Shown: one piece after another, positions 44,757 to 56,411 of the stretch
How the letters are laid out: each line of letters opens with the position of its first letter
Numbering within the stretch: the stretch's first letter is position 1
Assembly: GCA_951406725.2 (NCBI GenBank)
Contig: OX597814.1
Location: 131,068,001 to 131,132,000, forward strand
Reading direction: 5' to 3'
Length of the DNA: 64,000 nucleotides
Origin: Octopus vulgaris
Lineage: Eukaryota
Translations under genes and position numbers: made by a program
Notes under the pieces: generated by a model
What the model saw: only the letters and a program-made list of their open reading frames with translations
Told to the model about the DNA's origin: nothing
Database searches by the model: none

Positions 44757-46062
44757 GTAGGCATCTGTCGGTCTTGAGAGGCCATGGATTTGCGCCCGAA
44801 GAAATCGTGTCAGCTGCTGATGGTGGTGAAGCGTCTGTTGTGGTTGTAGAGGCCCACACGGGAGTGGCAGCCACGCATACAGCGGCTATATTTAAAGGAG
44901 CTCTTTGCTGGCGCTACTGGTTTTTCCTTCTGTCGAAAACGTTCTTCTTTGGAGGTGAGTTCCTGTTTTTCTTCCCCGCCTTTCATCTCTTTTCGCAGTA
45001 CTTGTCTCCAGCATAGGCGATCATTTGCAAACTCCTCCCATCTCAGGACATCCAGATAAAGCGATTTCATATCTCACTTGCAGACGCCCTTGAAGCGAAG
45101 ATGAGGTTGTCTTTGTGCTCTTTTACCCGTGGCCAATTCCCCATACAGAAGTTTTTTTAGGATTCTTCTATCGGGCATGCAATGTACATAACCGAGCCTG
45201 CGCCGATGGCGCTGATGGAGCAGAGAGAGTATGCTGGGTGCCATGGCTCGGTTGAGGACTTCGGTGTTGGTGATGTGGTCGGTCCACTTGATATCCAAGT
45301 TGTGTCTCAAATTACGAAGGTGGAAGATGTTGAGACGCTGCTCCTGTTTGGAGTAGAGGCTTCACATCTCACTGTCGTAAAGTAGCGTCCTACGGACCCA
45401 CGCCGGATAGACAGCAAGCTTGGTGTTTGCGGCCGGTTTTCTGCTTTCCCAGACTCTCTTTGTGGGCCTGGAAAATATAGAGGATGCTTGTCTGATTCGC
45501 CTGTTGATCTTAGGGTCCCCTGGAGAGGTCATCAGAGATTGTAGGCCCAGGATAAGTGATTTGATGGACTACATCTAGCTTGTATTTTTGATGGCGATGG
45601 GGAGGGGCGTACTTGACACTTTGACCCATTACTTGGGTCTTCTTCAGACTGATAGTCAGGCTGAACTCCTGACAGGCTTGTGAGAACTTGTTCACGAGGT
45701 GCTGCATTTGCTCTTTAGAGCGTGCTATCAGTGTTGTGTCGTCCGCGAACAACATATATCTGATGAGTACCTGGCGTACCTTGGATTTTGCCTTCAGCTT
45801 CGACAGACTAAACAATTTACCGTCTTGTCTGCTGTGAAGGTAAACACCATCTGTTGATGTCCCAAATGCATGTCTCAACATGACTGCAAAGAAGATGCCA
45901 AAAAGGGTGGGGTCAAGCACACAGCCCTGCTTCACGACATCAAATATTTTGAATGCCTCCGAAGAAGAGCCGTCCAGCTGAACGACGCCTTTCGTATTGG
46001 CAAGAAAGTATTAGACAATCCTGAAGAGTCTTGGAGGATAGCCAATTTTAGCAAGGATTTTG
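44752..46062 (-). pseudogene. RTE (BovB-like) LINE, 5'-truncated, RT and C-terminus
   Basis: VKQGCVLDPTLFGIFF, DGKLF..LKAKSKV, MLFADD, LTISLKKT, LLYGELATGKR, CHSRVGLYNHNRR, RTE tail ending (TAC)n. Confidence 0.92.
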
Positions 46063-46140
46063 AACACACACAAAGATATGTATGCATATATATGTGTGTG
46101 TATGTGTATGTGTGTGTCTGTGTGTGTATAAATATATGTG

Positions 46141-46390
46141 TGGAGGCACCTGGCTTAGTGGTTAGGATGTCAACATCATGCTCGTAAAATTGTGGTTTCG
46201 ATTCCTGGACCAGGCGACGCGTTGTGCTCTTGAGCAAAACACTTCATTTCACGTTGCTCCAGTCCATTCAGCTGGCAAAAATGAGTAACGCTGCGATGGA
46301 CTGGCGTCCCGTCCAGCTGGGGAACACATACGCCATAGAAACCGGGAAACCGGGCCCATAAGCTTGGCTAGGCTTTAAAAGGGCACATTT
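46141..46390 (+). mobile_element. SINE family C-related
   Basis: tRNA-like head tggcttagtggttagg / ggtttcgattcc; 3' part shared with 32812-33090. Confidence 0.82.
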
Positions 46391-46615
46391 ATTAATTTTT
46401 TTGTGTGTAAATAAATGGATATCTACATATGCATATCTATATCTATATCTATCTATATTTCTATTTAAAAACACATACATATCTATGAGTGTCTGCGTGT
46501 CATTGTGTTTGAGTTTTCTTCACCACCACCGCTTGAAAACTGGTGTTGGTATGTTTTCATACCCGTAACTTAGCGGTTCAGAAAAAGATAGATAAATAGA
46601 TAGTCAGACAGACAA

Positions 46616-46671
<56 letters not shown>

Positions 46672-46736
46672 GTAGGTAGGTAGGTAGGTAGGTAGGTAGG
46701 TAGGTAGGTAGGTAGGTACGTACGTACGTACATACA

Positions 46737-46770
<34 letters not shown>

Positions 46771-46788
46771 GACAAACAAATATATATG

Positions 46789-46870
<82 letters not shown>

Positions 46871-47243
46871 TCTTGTAACTTATAAAACTGTAAGGGCACG
46901 TTGGGCTATATTTTAGGAGTAGAACTGAGTTGGTGTGAGTTGGATGCAGCTAAAGGAAGAGGGGGAAAAAGGGAAAAGTTAAATCGATAAAGGAACATTG
47001 AATTTCACAAGTAGTGGCAGAAAGATGGTGGAGATGATAAAAATTACGTAGCTGATGGACGATAAATACATAACACGAGCTTACACACACACACACACAC
47101 ACAGCAATAACAACGACAACTACAATTTAAGAAGAAGAATATAAGCGTGATAAGCTGTTGGAAGCTGACGGTAAGGAAACTGGCTTACATATCCAAATAT
47201 GTATGTGTATGTATGTATATATATGTGTGTGCATGTATATATA

Positions 47244-47331
<88 letters not shown>

Positions 47332-47361
47332 TACATGCATATATATATATATATATATATA

Positions 47362-47565
47362 AAGTTAATCCAAACAAGAAATCACAAAAAAAAAACACAA
47401 CAACGCGAGGACATGGAACAAATATAGTATTATTGGACGCTCAGGAAAGAAGGAGGGTTTAACGTTTCGAGCGGAGCTCTTCGTCGGAAACATAGGAGAA
47501 GGAAAGATCCAGAGAAGGGAAGACAGAGGAAAAAAATCGCCAACGGTACACACGAGGTCACATAT
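47362..47565 (-). mobile_element. Short hammerhead-bearing element in (TA)n (probable Penelope 3'-end remnant)
   Basis: Homologous to 55760-55955; contains the motif at 47457-47491. Confidence 0.65.
47457..47491 (-). ncRNA. Minimal hammerhead-like motif (CCGACGA core variant)
   Basis: guuu-CCGACGA-agagc(ucc)gcuc-GAAA-cg-UU-aaac; stems I and II pair. Confidence 0.6.
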
Positions 47566-47607
47566 ATATATATATTCAGACACATACATATCTATACATA
47601 TATTTAT

Positions 47608-47644
<37 letters not shown>

Positions 47645-47724
47645 CATATATACATATATTTACACATATATATATATATATATAGATACACATATATATA
47701 TGCAATTGTATATATATATGTATA

Positions 47725-47768
<44 letters not shown>

Positions 47769-47808
47769 ATGTATATACATATATATATACACACACATAT
47801 GTTTATAC

Positions 47809-47871
<63 letters not shown>

Positions 47872-47910
47872 TATATACGTATATATATATATATATATAT
47901 GTATATATAA

Positions 47911-47958
<48 letters not shown>

Positions 47959-48032
47959 CATATATATATACATATAGATGTAGGTATGTACATATGTGTA
48001 TGTATGTATGCATGTTTTATTCGTTAAATTGT

Positions 48033-48070
<38 letters not shown>

Positions 48071-48079
<9 letters not shown>

Positions 48080-48933
48080 AAAAAAGGTTTGAAAATGCAA
48101 TTTAAACGATGTTTATTTACTTAACCGGTTTCACTCTTTGGTAAAAGATTGTCAAAAGTTACATTTAAGGAAACATTGAATAATATTGGTTCAAAAAAGT
48201 TTTTTACATAATTGTCACATTGAATATTATGCATTCAAAAAAGTTTTTTACATAATTGTCACATTGGATATTATGAATTCAAAAATGTTTTTTTATACAT
48301 AATTGTCACATTACATGTATAAATATAGTGTTTGGTAACAGAGAAGTTCAATAGTGTGATGAGAATATTTGGGAAAATTTGGCAGAAAAGGATAAAACAA
48401 ATATATTATTGGGAATTGGTTGCGTTAATTATTGGTTGTCGCAAATTGTCACATTACATGTATATATATACAATCTTTGGTATATATATACAGCGTTTTG
48501 ACAGCAAAAATTAAAATGGATTTTTTGTACATCTCAGAATATTTTAAGTATGTTTTTACTGACCTGTCAGTATTAGCAGAAAGGCTGAACTGAGAGAACA
48601 GAAGAAGTAGCCAATGTGGTGTATACTTCCCCTTTATGCATGAATGATTTTGGGGTTATCGGGAGGTTAGTATGCGGGTGTGAATAGATGTGTCCGTGCC
48701 TGCTGGTCAGATAGCGTCTGTTTGTCACACACATATATATACACACAAACACACACACACACAACAACACACACACACACATAGTATACAAACACACACC
48801 ACATACAAACAACACACACACACACAGAACACACACACCCACACACAACGCACCCACATATATCACATATACACACAGCACACAAATATAACATGTATCT
48901 ATATATAACATACACAGATATATAACACACATA

Positions 48934-48987
<54 letters not shown>

Positions 48988-49389
48988 TACATACATAATA
49001 TAAATATCACACAAATACACCTAGCATATATATACACACATACAATACACACATACAGCATGTAAGTAATATACATACACAATATATGCATGCAATATAC
49101 ATACGCAATACATACATATAATATATATATATAGACAATGCATATACATATATACACATATACATATAAATAGTGTTTACATACACATACATAGATGTAC
49201 CACATATACACACAACACACATACATACAATGCATACACATACACGTACGCATACATATAATATATATATACACACACACACACATAACATACATACACA
49301 CACAATGCATACATATATATACACGCAATGCATATACATGTATTCATGCATATATAGCACACCTACAATATACATATATACAGTGCACA
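48071..49389 (-). repeat. Left arm of ~1.3-kb inverted repeat
   Basis: Same spurious 60-aa ORF at 48332..48514(+) and 53078..53260(-); few substitutions; internal ~44-bp tandem repeats at ~48190-48320. Confidence 0.95.
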
Positions 49390-51385
49390 TAAAAGGCAAA
49401 AACAAAACCTTAGACAAATTTTGCGATTACATCTCCAACTTCCCTTATGGTGAACTCCCACAACCTAAACTCAAACCCAACACCAGTAAAAGAGAATGGG
49501 AAATCATCCATACGCTACGAGACAATCATGACGTCACAATAAAGGAAGCTGATAAGGGTAGTACGGTCGTTGTTATGAATACTGAGCAATATAAAAACTC
49601 TGTATCTCTCCTTTTAGAGGATACCACATACTACGAAAGAGTAGTCGACTACCAGCAATCCAAAACAATGACCAATCTGAAGGCACTCATTTACCAACAC
49701 CGGAATGACTTGACAGCAAAGGAATGCGACTACATTACTAAATTTAATTGCAAAACCAGCACACTCTATGGCCTTCCAAAAATACACAAGAGTCAAATTA
49801 TCACAGAAGCTTGCAAAAAGTCCACTTCAACCTGCATCACTATACCACATCCCACTGATCTCAAACTGAGACCAATAGTGGCAGGCCCAAGTTGTGAAAC
49901 ACACAGACTTAGCAACTTTATAGATATCATCTTAAAGCCAATACTGAAACACATTCCAAGTATTGTAAGAGATGACCTGGACCTATTAAACCATCTCCCC
50001 AAACATGCCGATAAAGACACCTTAATCGTTTCTTTTGATGTTATTAATCTTTACACCACAATCCCACATGAATTTGGACTGGAAGCCATTCAATTCTGGC
50101 TGGATAAATATCCCAATGAGATCCCGGAAAGAATTAAAAAAGAATTCATAATTGAGGGCCTCAAATTTATTCTGCAAAACAACTTCATGTATTTCCACAA
50201 CAACACTTACAGACAGGTCTCAGGAACTGCAATGGGTACGAAAGTTGCACTTACCTATGCAAACCTGGTGATGGCCTACCTGGAATCACATATCTATGAA
50301 AAATCCAAATATAAGTACGGCCAGTCTTTCCACAAATACCTGTTGGAGAACTGGAAACGCTACTTAGATGATTGCCTCATCCTATGGTCCCACACACTCG
50401 ACCAACTTATAGACTTCAAAAACCTTATCAACAGTGTAAATAACAACATTCAATTCACAATGGAATATAGTCAGGACCAACTCCCTTTTCTTGACATCCT
50501 AATCATTAAAAAAGGCGTCAACATTGAAACTGACATCCATTACAAACCCACTGACTCTAAACAATACCTTCTATTCACCTCCAATCACCCAAAACACACA
50601 AAGACAAATATCCCCTTCAACCTAGCGAGAAGAATCTGCACTATTGTCTCAAATGACACAACACGAAATAGAAGACTCCGGGAACTAAGGGCAATTCTTC
50701 TCGAAAGACATTACCCGGCATCACTAGTAGACAACGGAATAGAACGGGCCAAATCAATCAACATTCAAGACCTTCGAAAACCCAAACACATCCACAGTAC
50801 AGTCAATAGCCTCCCTTATCTCTCAACACACAACCCAAGGAATGCAGAAGCTTACACTATTATATACAACAACATTCCACAACTAAATCAAGACCCACGC
50901 CTGAAAAAAATACTGGCAGCTCATAAAATAATAAAAAGTAAGAGACAACCTAAATCCCTAAAAAACCTCCTCACCAACGCAAAATTACACAACACAAACC
51001 CACCGCCCACCATCAAAAAATGTGGTCGCCCCAACTGTAAGACCTGCATCCACCTCATTGAGGGATCGTCGTACAAGTTCCACTCGGGACACACATTCAT
51101 CATAAAAAATAACTTCACGTGCGCATCAAAAAATTTACTCTACGTCATAAGGTGTGAAGGATGCCACGAAGACTACATAGGGCAAACGAGCCTTACCCTC
51201 AGAGACAGAATGACAGTTCACCGACAACAAGACAGATACCTAGGGACACTTGTGCACACAATAAGTCCCCCAAATTCTTAGTCTTCCCACTATACCAATG
51301 CTCGGACAACACCACAGACCAAACACGAATAAATAAGGAAAGTAATCTTATTCAAAAATACAGACCACAACTAAACATACTCTAA
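49390..51385 (+). pseudogene. Penelope-like reverse transcriptase + GIY-YIG endonuclease (N-truncated, frameshift near 51235)
   Basis: IKEADKGSTVVVM, LYGLPKIHK, LRPIVAG, SFDVINLYTTIP, QVSGTAMGT, WKRYLDD, LPFLDI, YKPTD, CGRPNCKTC, NLLYVIRCEGCHEDYIGQT; C-terminus ..KESNLIQKYRPQLN in another frame. Confidence 0.95.
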
Positions 51386-51779
51386 CATACCCCCTGGAAG
51401 CACATCCAGAGCAAGCACACAGGGACGCGCGCACGCTCACAGCATATCGTGCGGGCGGGCACATGCGCGCATCGGCACGCATAGGACACACTAGCGGGCA
51501 TTGACCGCACACATACGTGGCATGCACACGCATGCATTATATATATGTAGGTGATGTATGTGTGTGAGTGTTGTGTGTGTATGTGTGTGTGTGTGTGTGT
51601 GTGCACTGTGTGCGTGTGTGTGTATATGTGTGTGTGCGCGCGTTGTGTGTGTGTGTGTGTGTGCACGTGTGTATATATGTGTGTGTGCGTGTGCACTGTG
51701 TGCGGGTGTGTGTGTATGTGTGTGTGTGTGTGTGTGAGCATTGTGTACGTGTGTATGTATTTACATATGTATCTGTTTT

Positions 51780-51814
<35 letters not shown>

Positions 51815-52009
51815 TGTGTGTGTATATGCATGGTATGTGTGTATATGTTAGTACTTTGTTTGTGTGTGTGTGCGGCATGTAGAGATATATTTGAGTGTGT
51901 ACGCTATAGGTTTGTAATTTGTGTGTGTGGGGGGGGGTGAATTTTTTATATATATATATGTGTGTGTATGTGTGTGAAAAAATATATGTATGTGCATGTA
52001 TGTATGTAT

Positions 52010-52041
<32 letters not shown>

Positions 52042-52208
52042 GTGTATATATATGTGTGTGTGTGTATGTGTGTGTGTGTATATTTATTTGCATGTTTATG
52101 TGTGTATAAACATGTACATTATTTGCATGCGCATTGTGTATATGTATATTGTATGTATGTGTATTGTATATGTACGTGTACAATTAAGTGTATATATTTG
52201 TGTGTATG

Positions 52209-53520
52209 TGTGCACTGTATATATGTATATTGTAGGTGTGCTATATATGCATGAATACATGTATATGCATTGCGTGTATATATATGTATGCATTGTGTGT
52301 GTATGTATGTTATGTGTGTGTGTGTGTATATATATATTATATGTATGCGTACGTGTATGTGTATGCATTGTATGTATGTGTGTTGTGTGTATATGTGGTA
52401 CATCTATGTATGTGTATGTAAACACTATTTATATGTATATGTGTATATATGTATATGCATTGTCTATATATATATATATTATATGTATGTATTGCGTATG
52501 TATATTGCATGCATATATTGTGTATGTATATTACTTACATGCTGTATGTGTGTATTGTATGTGTGTATATATATGCTAGGTGTATTTGTGTGATATTTAT
52601 ATTATGTATGTATGTGTGCGTGTGTTGTGTGTGTGTGTGTGTGTGTGTGTGTTGTGTTTGTATGTGTGTTATATATCTGTGTATGTTATATATAGATACA
52701 TGTTATATTTGTGTGCTGTGTGTATATGTGATATATGTGGGTGCGTTGTGTGTGGGTGTGTGTGTTCTGTGTGTGTGTGTGTTGTTTGTATGTGGTGTGT
52801 GTTTGTATACTATGTGTGTGTGTGTTGTTGTGTGTGTGTGTGTTTGTGTGTATATATATGTGTGTGACAAACAGACGCTATCTGACCAGCAGGCACGGAC
52901 ACATCTATTCACACCCGCATACTAACCTCCTGATAACCCCAAAATCATTCATGCATAAAGGGGAAGTATACACCACATTGGCTACTTCTTCTGTTCTCTC
53001 AGTTCAGCCTTTCTGCTAATACTGACAGGTCAGTAAAAACATACTTAAAATATTCTGAGATGTACAAAAAATCCATTTTAATTTTTGCTGTCAAAACGCT
53101 GTATATATATACCAAAGATTGTATATATATACATGTAATGTGACAATTTGCGACAACCAATAATTAACGCAACCAATTCCCAATAATATATTTGTTTTAT
53201 CCTTTTCTGCCAAATTTTCCCAAATATTCTCATCACACTATTGAACTTCTCTGTTACCAAACACTATATTTATACATGTAATGTGACAATTATGTATAAA
53301 AAAACATTTTTGAATTCATAATATCCAATGTGACAATTATGTAAAAAACTTTTTGAATGCATAATATTCAATGTGACAATTATGTAAAAAACTTTTTTTG
53401 AACCCATATTATTCAATGTTTCCTTAAATGTAACTTTTGACAATCTTTTACCAAAGAGTGAAACTGGTTAAGTAAATAAACATCGTTTAAATTGCATTTT
53501 CAAACCTTTTTTCTTATATA
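52209..53520 (+). repeat. Right arm of ~1.3-kb inverted repeat (3' UTR / pLTR)
   Basis: Reverse complement of 48071-49389. Confidence 0.95.
53433..53473 (+). ncRNA. Minimal hammerhead-like motif with U3-A8 core variant (mirror copy 48119-48159, minus strand)
   Basis: acuu-UUGACAA-ucuuu(uacc)aaaga-gu-GAAA-cugg-UU-aagu; left copy has palindromic accggu stem III. Confidence 0.5.
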
Positions 53521-53728
53521 ATCCCACTCGTGCGATACCCCACAACTCAACTTTTTTATATATATATATATATATATATACACTGTTAACGAGTTAAAGT
53601 ATAATTAAGATTCAGTTGAATTAGGTACTTAAATTGAGTCACCAAGCCAGATCGGTATAGTCTGCGCAACTCGAAGTTAGGAGAACAAAATGTAAATAAG
53701 TAACAAGGATGTCCAGGTAGCAATGCAT

Positions 53729-53810
53729 TACGACCGTTTCCAGCGGTTCCATTTGATCGATCAATGGAAACATTACATCAATTTGAAAGAAACCACTCTC
53801 CTCAGACGTA
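53729..53810 (-). ncRNA. Hammerhead-like motif with extended stem II
   Basis: uacgu-CUGAGGA-gagugguuuc...gaaccgcug-GAAA-cgg-UC-guaa; lies in a ~350-bp segment between (TA)-rich runs; stem I register imperfect. Confidence 0.45.
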
Positions 53811-53934
53811 GACGACCATATAGATTTCCAACATACAGGATAAACCATTTTTAACAAATTTATATCAGTACTAGAAACCAAAATAATTGCATTGTTTCCT
53901 TATGTTATATTTGTGGCATATATACATATATATG

Positions 53935-54560
53935 ATTGAGACCAAAAAACTATGTTGACCCTGTGGAGAACCTTTGTTCTCAGTCACCTGGACTACTGCT
54001 CCTTGTTATGATCACCCAAGATAACAGCAGAGCTTGAAGCAGTCCGACGCCACTACAGGGATAGGCTGAGAAAACTGGGACTTTGCTCCCTGGAGCGAAA
54101 GCGTGAGAGATTTACAATAATCTACATATGGAAAACTCTAGAAGGGATAGTACCTAATTTCGGTATTGAGTGTTATACAAATGCCAGAACTGGTCGCCAT
54201 TCTATTGTACCAAAGGTACCATACACTCCATCTAAATTCAAGACCAGGTACTGCAATAGTGTAGCGTTCAAAGGTCCACAGCTCTTCAATGCCCTGCCGC
54301 AAAATTTAAGAAATCTGCGTAAATTGGAAGGAGATGTCTTCAAAAAAGAAAAAAAAGGCAAAAAACCTAGACATCTTCATCTCCACAATACCGGATAAAC
54401 CAACAGACCGACATGAAGTGCAGACGAGGGCAGCAGAATCAAACTCCCTTATACACCAAATGGGCCAACAGCTGGGACAAAGACACATACAATGTGAAAC
54501 ACCCCAGACTGAGGAAATCAGAAAGACGACGGTAGTGCTCCATCATGAATCAGACACGAG
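53935..54560 (+). pseudogene. CR1-clade LINE 3' fragment
   Basis: LWRTFVLSHLDYCS, RLRKLGLCSLERKRER, IYIWKTLEGIVPN, GPQLFNALP. Confidence 0.8.
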
Positions 54561-54568
54561 TAAAGGAG

Positions 54569-54569
<1 letters not shown>

Positions 54570-54637
<68 letters not shown>

Positions 54638-55949
54638 GCACACACATATATACCCACACACATGCACACACACACACATACGCACATACATGCACGCATG
54701 CACACGCGCACACCTACACGCATACACACACACACACGCACGTACACATACATACATACACACACGCATACATACACCCATACACATACATGCATCCTAC
54801 ACACACATACATACACACTCACACATACATACACACACACGCACTCACTCACACACCTGTATGTTCGCGCACACACATGCACATACACACACTTCCCCAC
54901 ACCCACACGTACATACATACACACTCATACACATACATACACACACACACACACGGACATACATCTATGCACACACATATATACACACATACTCACATAC
55001 ATTCATCGGACACACTGCCACCCAGACATACACACAGACACACTCACACATCCACACACACACATACGTACGCGCACACTCGCAGGCGCGCGCACACACG
55101 CGCTTGCGCCGGTTCGCGCACGCGTGCGCGCCGCATGCACCTCGCCCTTGGACCCGACGAGACCTCCCGCCCGTTCCTGGGATGTCGCTTGTCGTTGGGT
55201 TTTCCCACGCCCGTCTCCGCGGGACCACTCTTCCATCTTCCCTCCGCTGGAGTCCTTTTCCTAAACCCCCCCTTTTTTTTTTTTTTTTTTCGTTACACAC
55301 ACGCGCACACATATACACACATTGCTTAAACATATACATTACTCTTACACACATTCAATCTACTCGCCACTAATACTACCACGACACTGGACACACACAC
55401 ACACTACTACTCAACACACGCTGGTACGCTACATACGCCCCCACCCCTTCCCCTCCCTCCCTTCCTCCTTCCTCCCTTTTCTTACTACTGACCTTTGTCT
55501 GCTATGCTGCTGCTATGCTGACCACCGTCTCGCCCTACCTCACACGCCTACACACAGACGCACACACTAACACATACATATATTTTTTGTTTTTTTACCT
55601 CGCCTCACACACACACATACACACACGCACACGCACACACTCACACATACACACACATCTGTTGCGTTACCAACCTTGTCTCCACTCTTTTGCCTTTAAA
55701 AACCCACTTTGCTCTTGTTATCGTAAACATCCGCCTTTCACCATGTGCTACTCCTAACACCAGTCGTTTTTTTCTCTATCTCCGTTGCCCGCTCCGGGAT
55801 CTTTCTTTCCTCTCTCTTCCTTCTTTATGTTTCCGACGAAGAGCTCCGCTCGAAACGTCATACCTCCCTGCTTCCATTTCCTGAGCGCCTATTAATAATA
55901 ATACTGTAATTGTTCCATTGTTGTTGTTTTTTTGTTTCCCGTTTGGATT

Positions 55950-55960
<11 letters not shown>
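54570..55960 (+). mobile_element. CA-rich cryptic repeat followed by a hammerhead-bearing terminus (probable 3' UTR of another Penelope-like element)
   Basis: Same layout as 51390-53520; terminus homologous to 47362-47565. Confidence 0.5.
55829..55863 (+). ncRNA. Minimal hammerhead-like motif (CCGACGA core variant, GUC site)
   Basis: guuu-CCGACGA-agagc(ucc)gcuc-GAAA-cg-UC-auac. Confidence 0.55.
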
Positions 55961-55980
<20 letters not shown>

Positions 55981-56109
55981 AAGGCAAAGGGGATTAGAAA
56001 TTCGATCAAAAGGGATCGTTAAAAAAAAAAAGCCGATGAGTAGGGAATGTGTATTACAGAAATGTCATAGTATAAAAAGAGGAAAGAGATTAGGTTTATC
56101 CGTGAAAAG
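55981..56109 (-). repeat. Second fragment of the Tx1-type LINE 3' UTR
   Basis: Diverged direct copy of ~56498-56625. Confidence 0.8.
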
Positions 56110-56290
56110 CTGTGTCGTTCTTATTCCAAATAAAAAACAAATCAATTTATAAATGTTTAAAACATTTATCTATGAATATTGTGATAGTATCGAGTATTTT
56201 TTGCAAAAACTATAAAATTGTGTGTGTGTGTGTGTGTGTGTGTGTGAGCGCGTGCTCACGCGTGTGCGTGTGTGTGTGCATATATGTGTG

Positions 56291-56322
<32 letters not shown>

Positions 56323-56411
56323 TGTATGTATGGACATATGTATGTGTGTATACAGGGATAGGAAGATATACAAATAGACAGTTAGTCAAACAAATGGACG
56401 GATAGATAGAT

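Larger units (their letters stand above)
48071..53557 (+). mobile_element. Penelope-like retroelement (Neptune-type), 5'-truncated, with inverted pseudo-LTR
   Basis: RT + GIY-YIG ORF; 48071-49389 is the near-identical reverse complement of 52209-53520; ~37-nt unpaired 3' extension; (TA)n on both flanks. Confidence 0.93.

Noticed and set aside
48190-48330. CRISPR-like repeats (also 63146-63320)
   Set aside because: Contiguous tandem units without unique spacers; eukaryotic context, no cas genes.
48332-48514. Identical 60-aa ORF here and at 53078..53260
   Set aside because: Consequence of the inverted repeat, not a duplicated gene.
49173-49389. His/Thr/Tyr-rich N-terminus of the 702-aa ORF
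   Set aside because: Lies in the inverted repeat arm; chance read-through. Penelope coding sequence starts near 49390.
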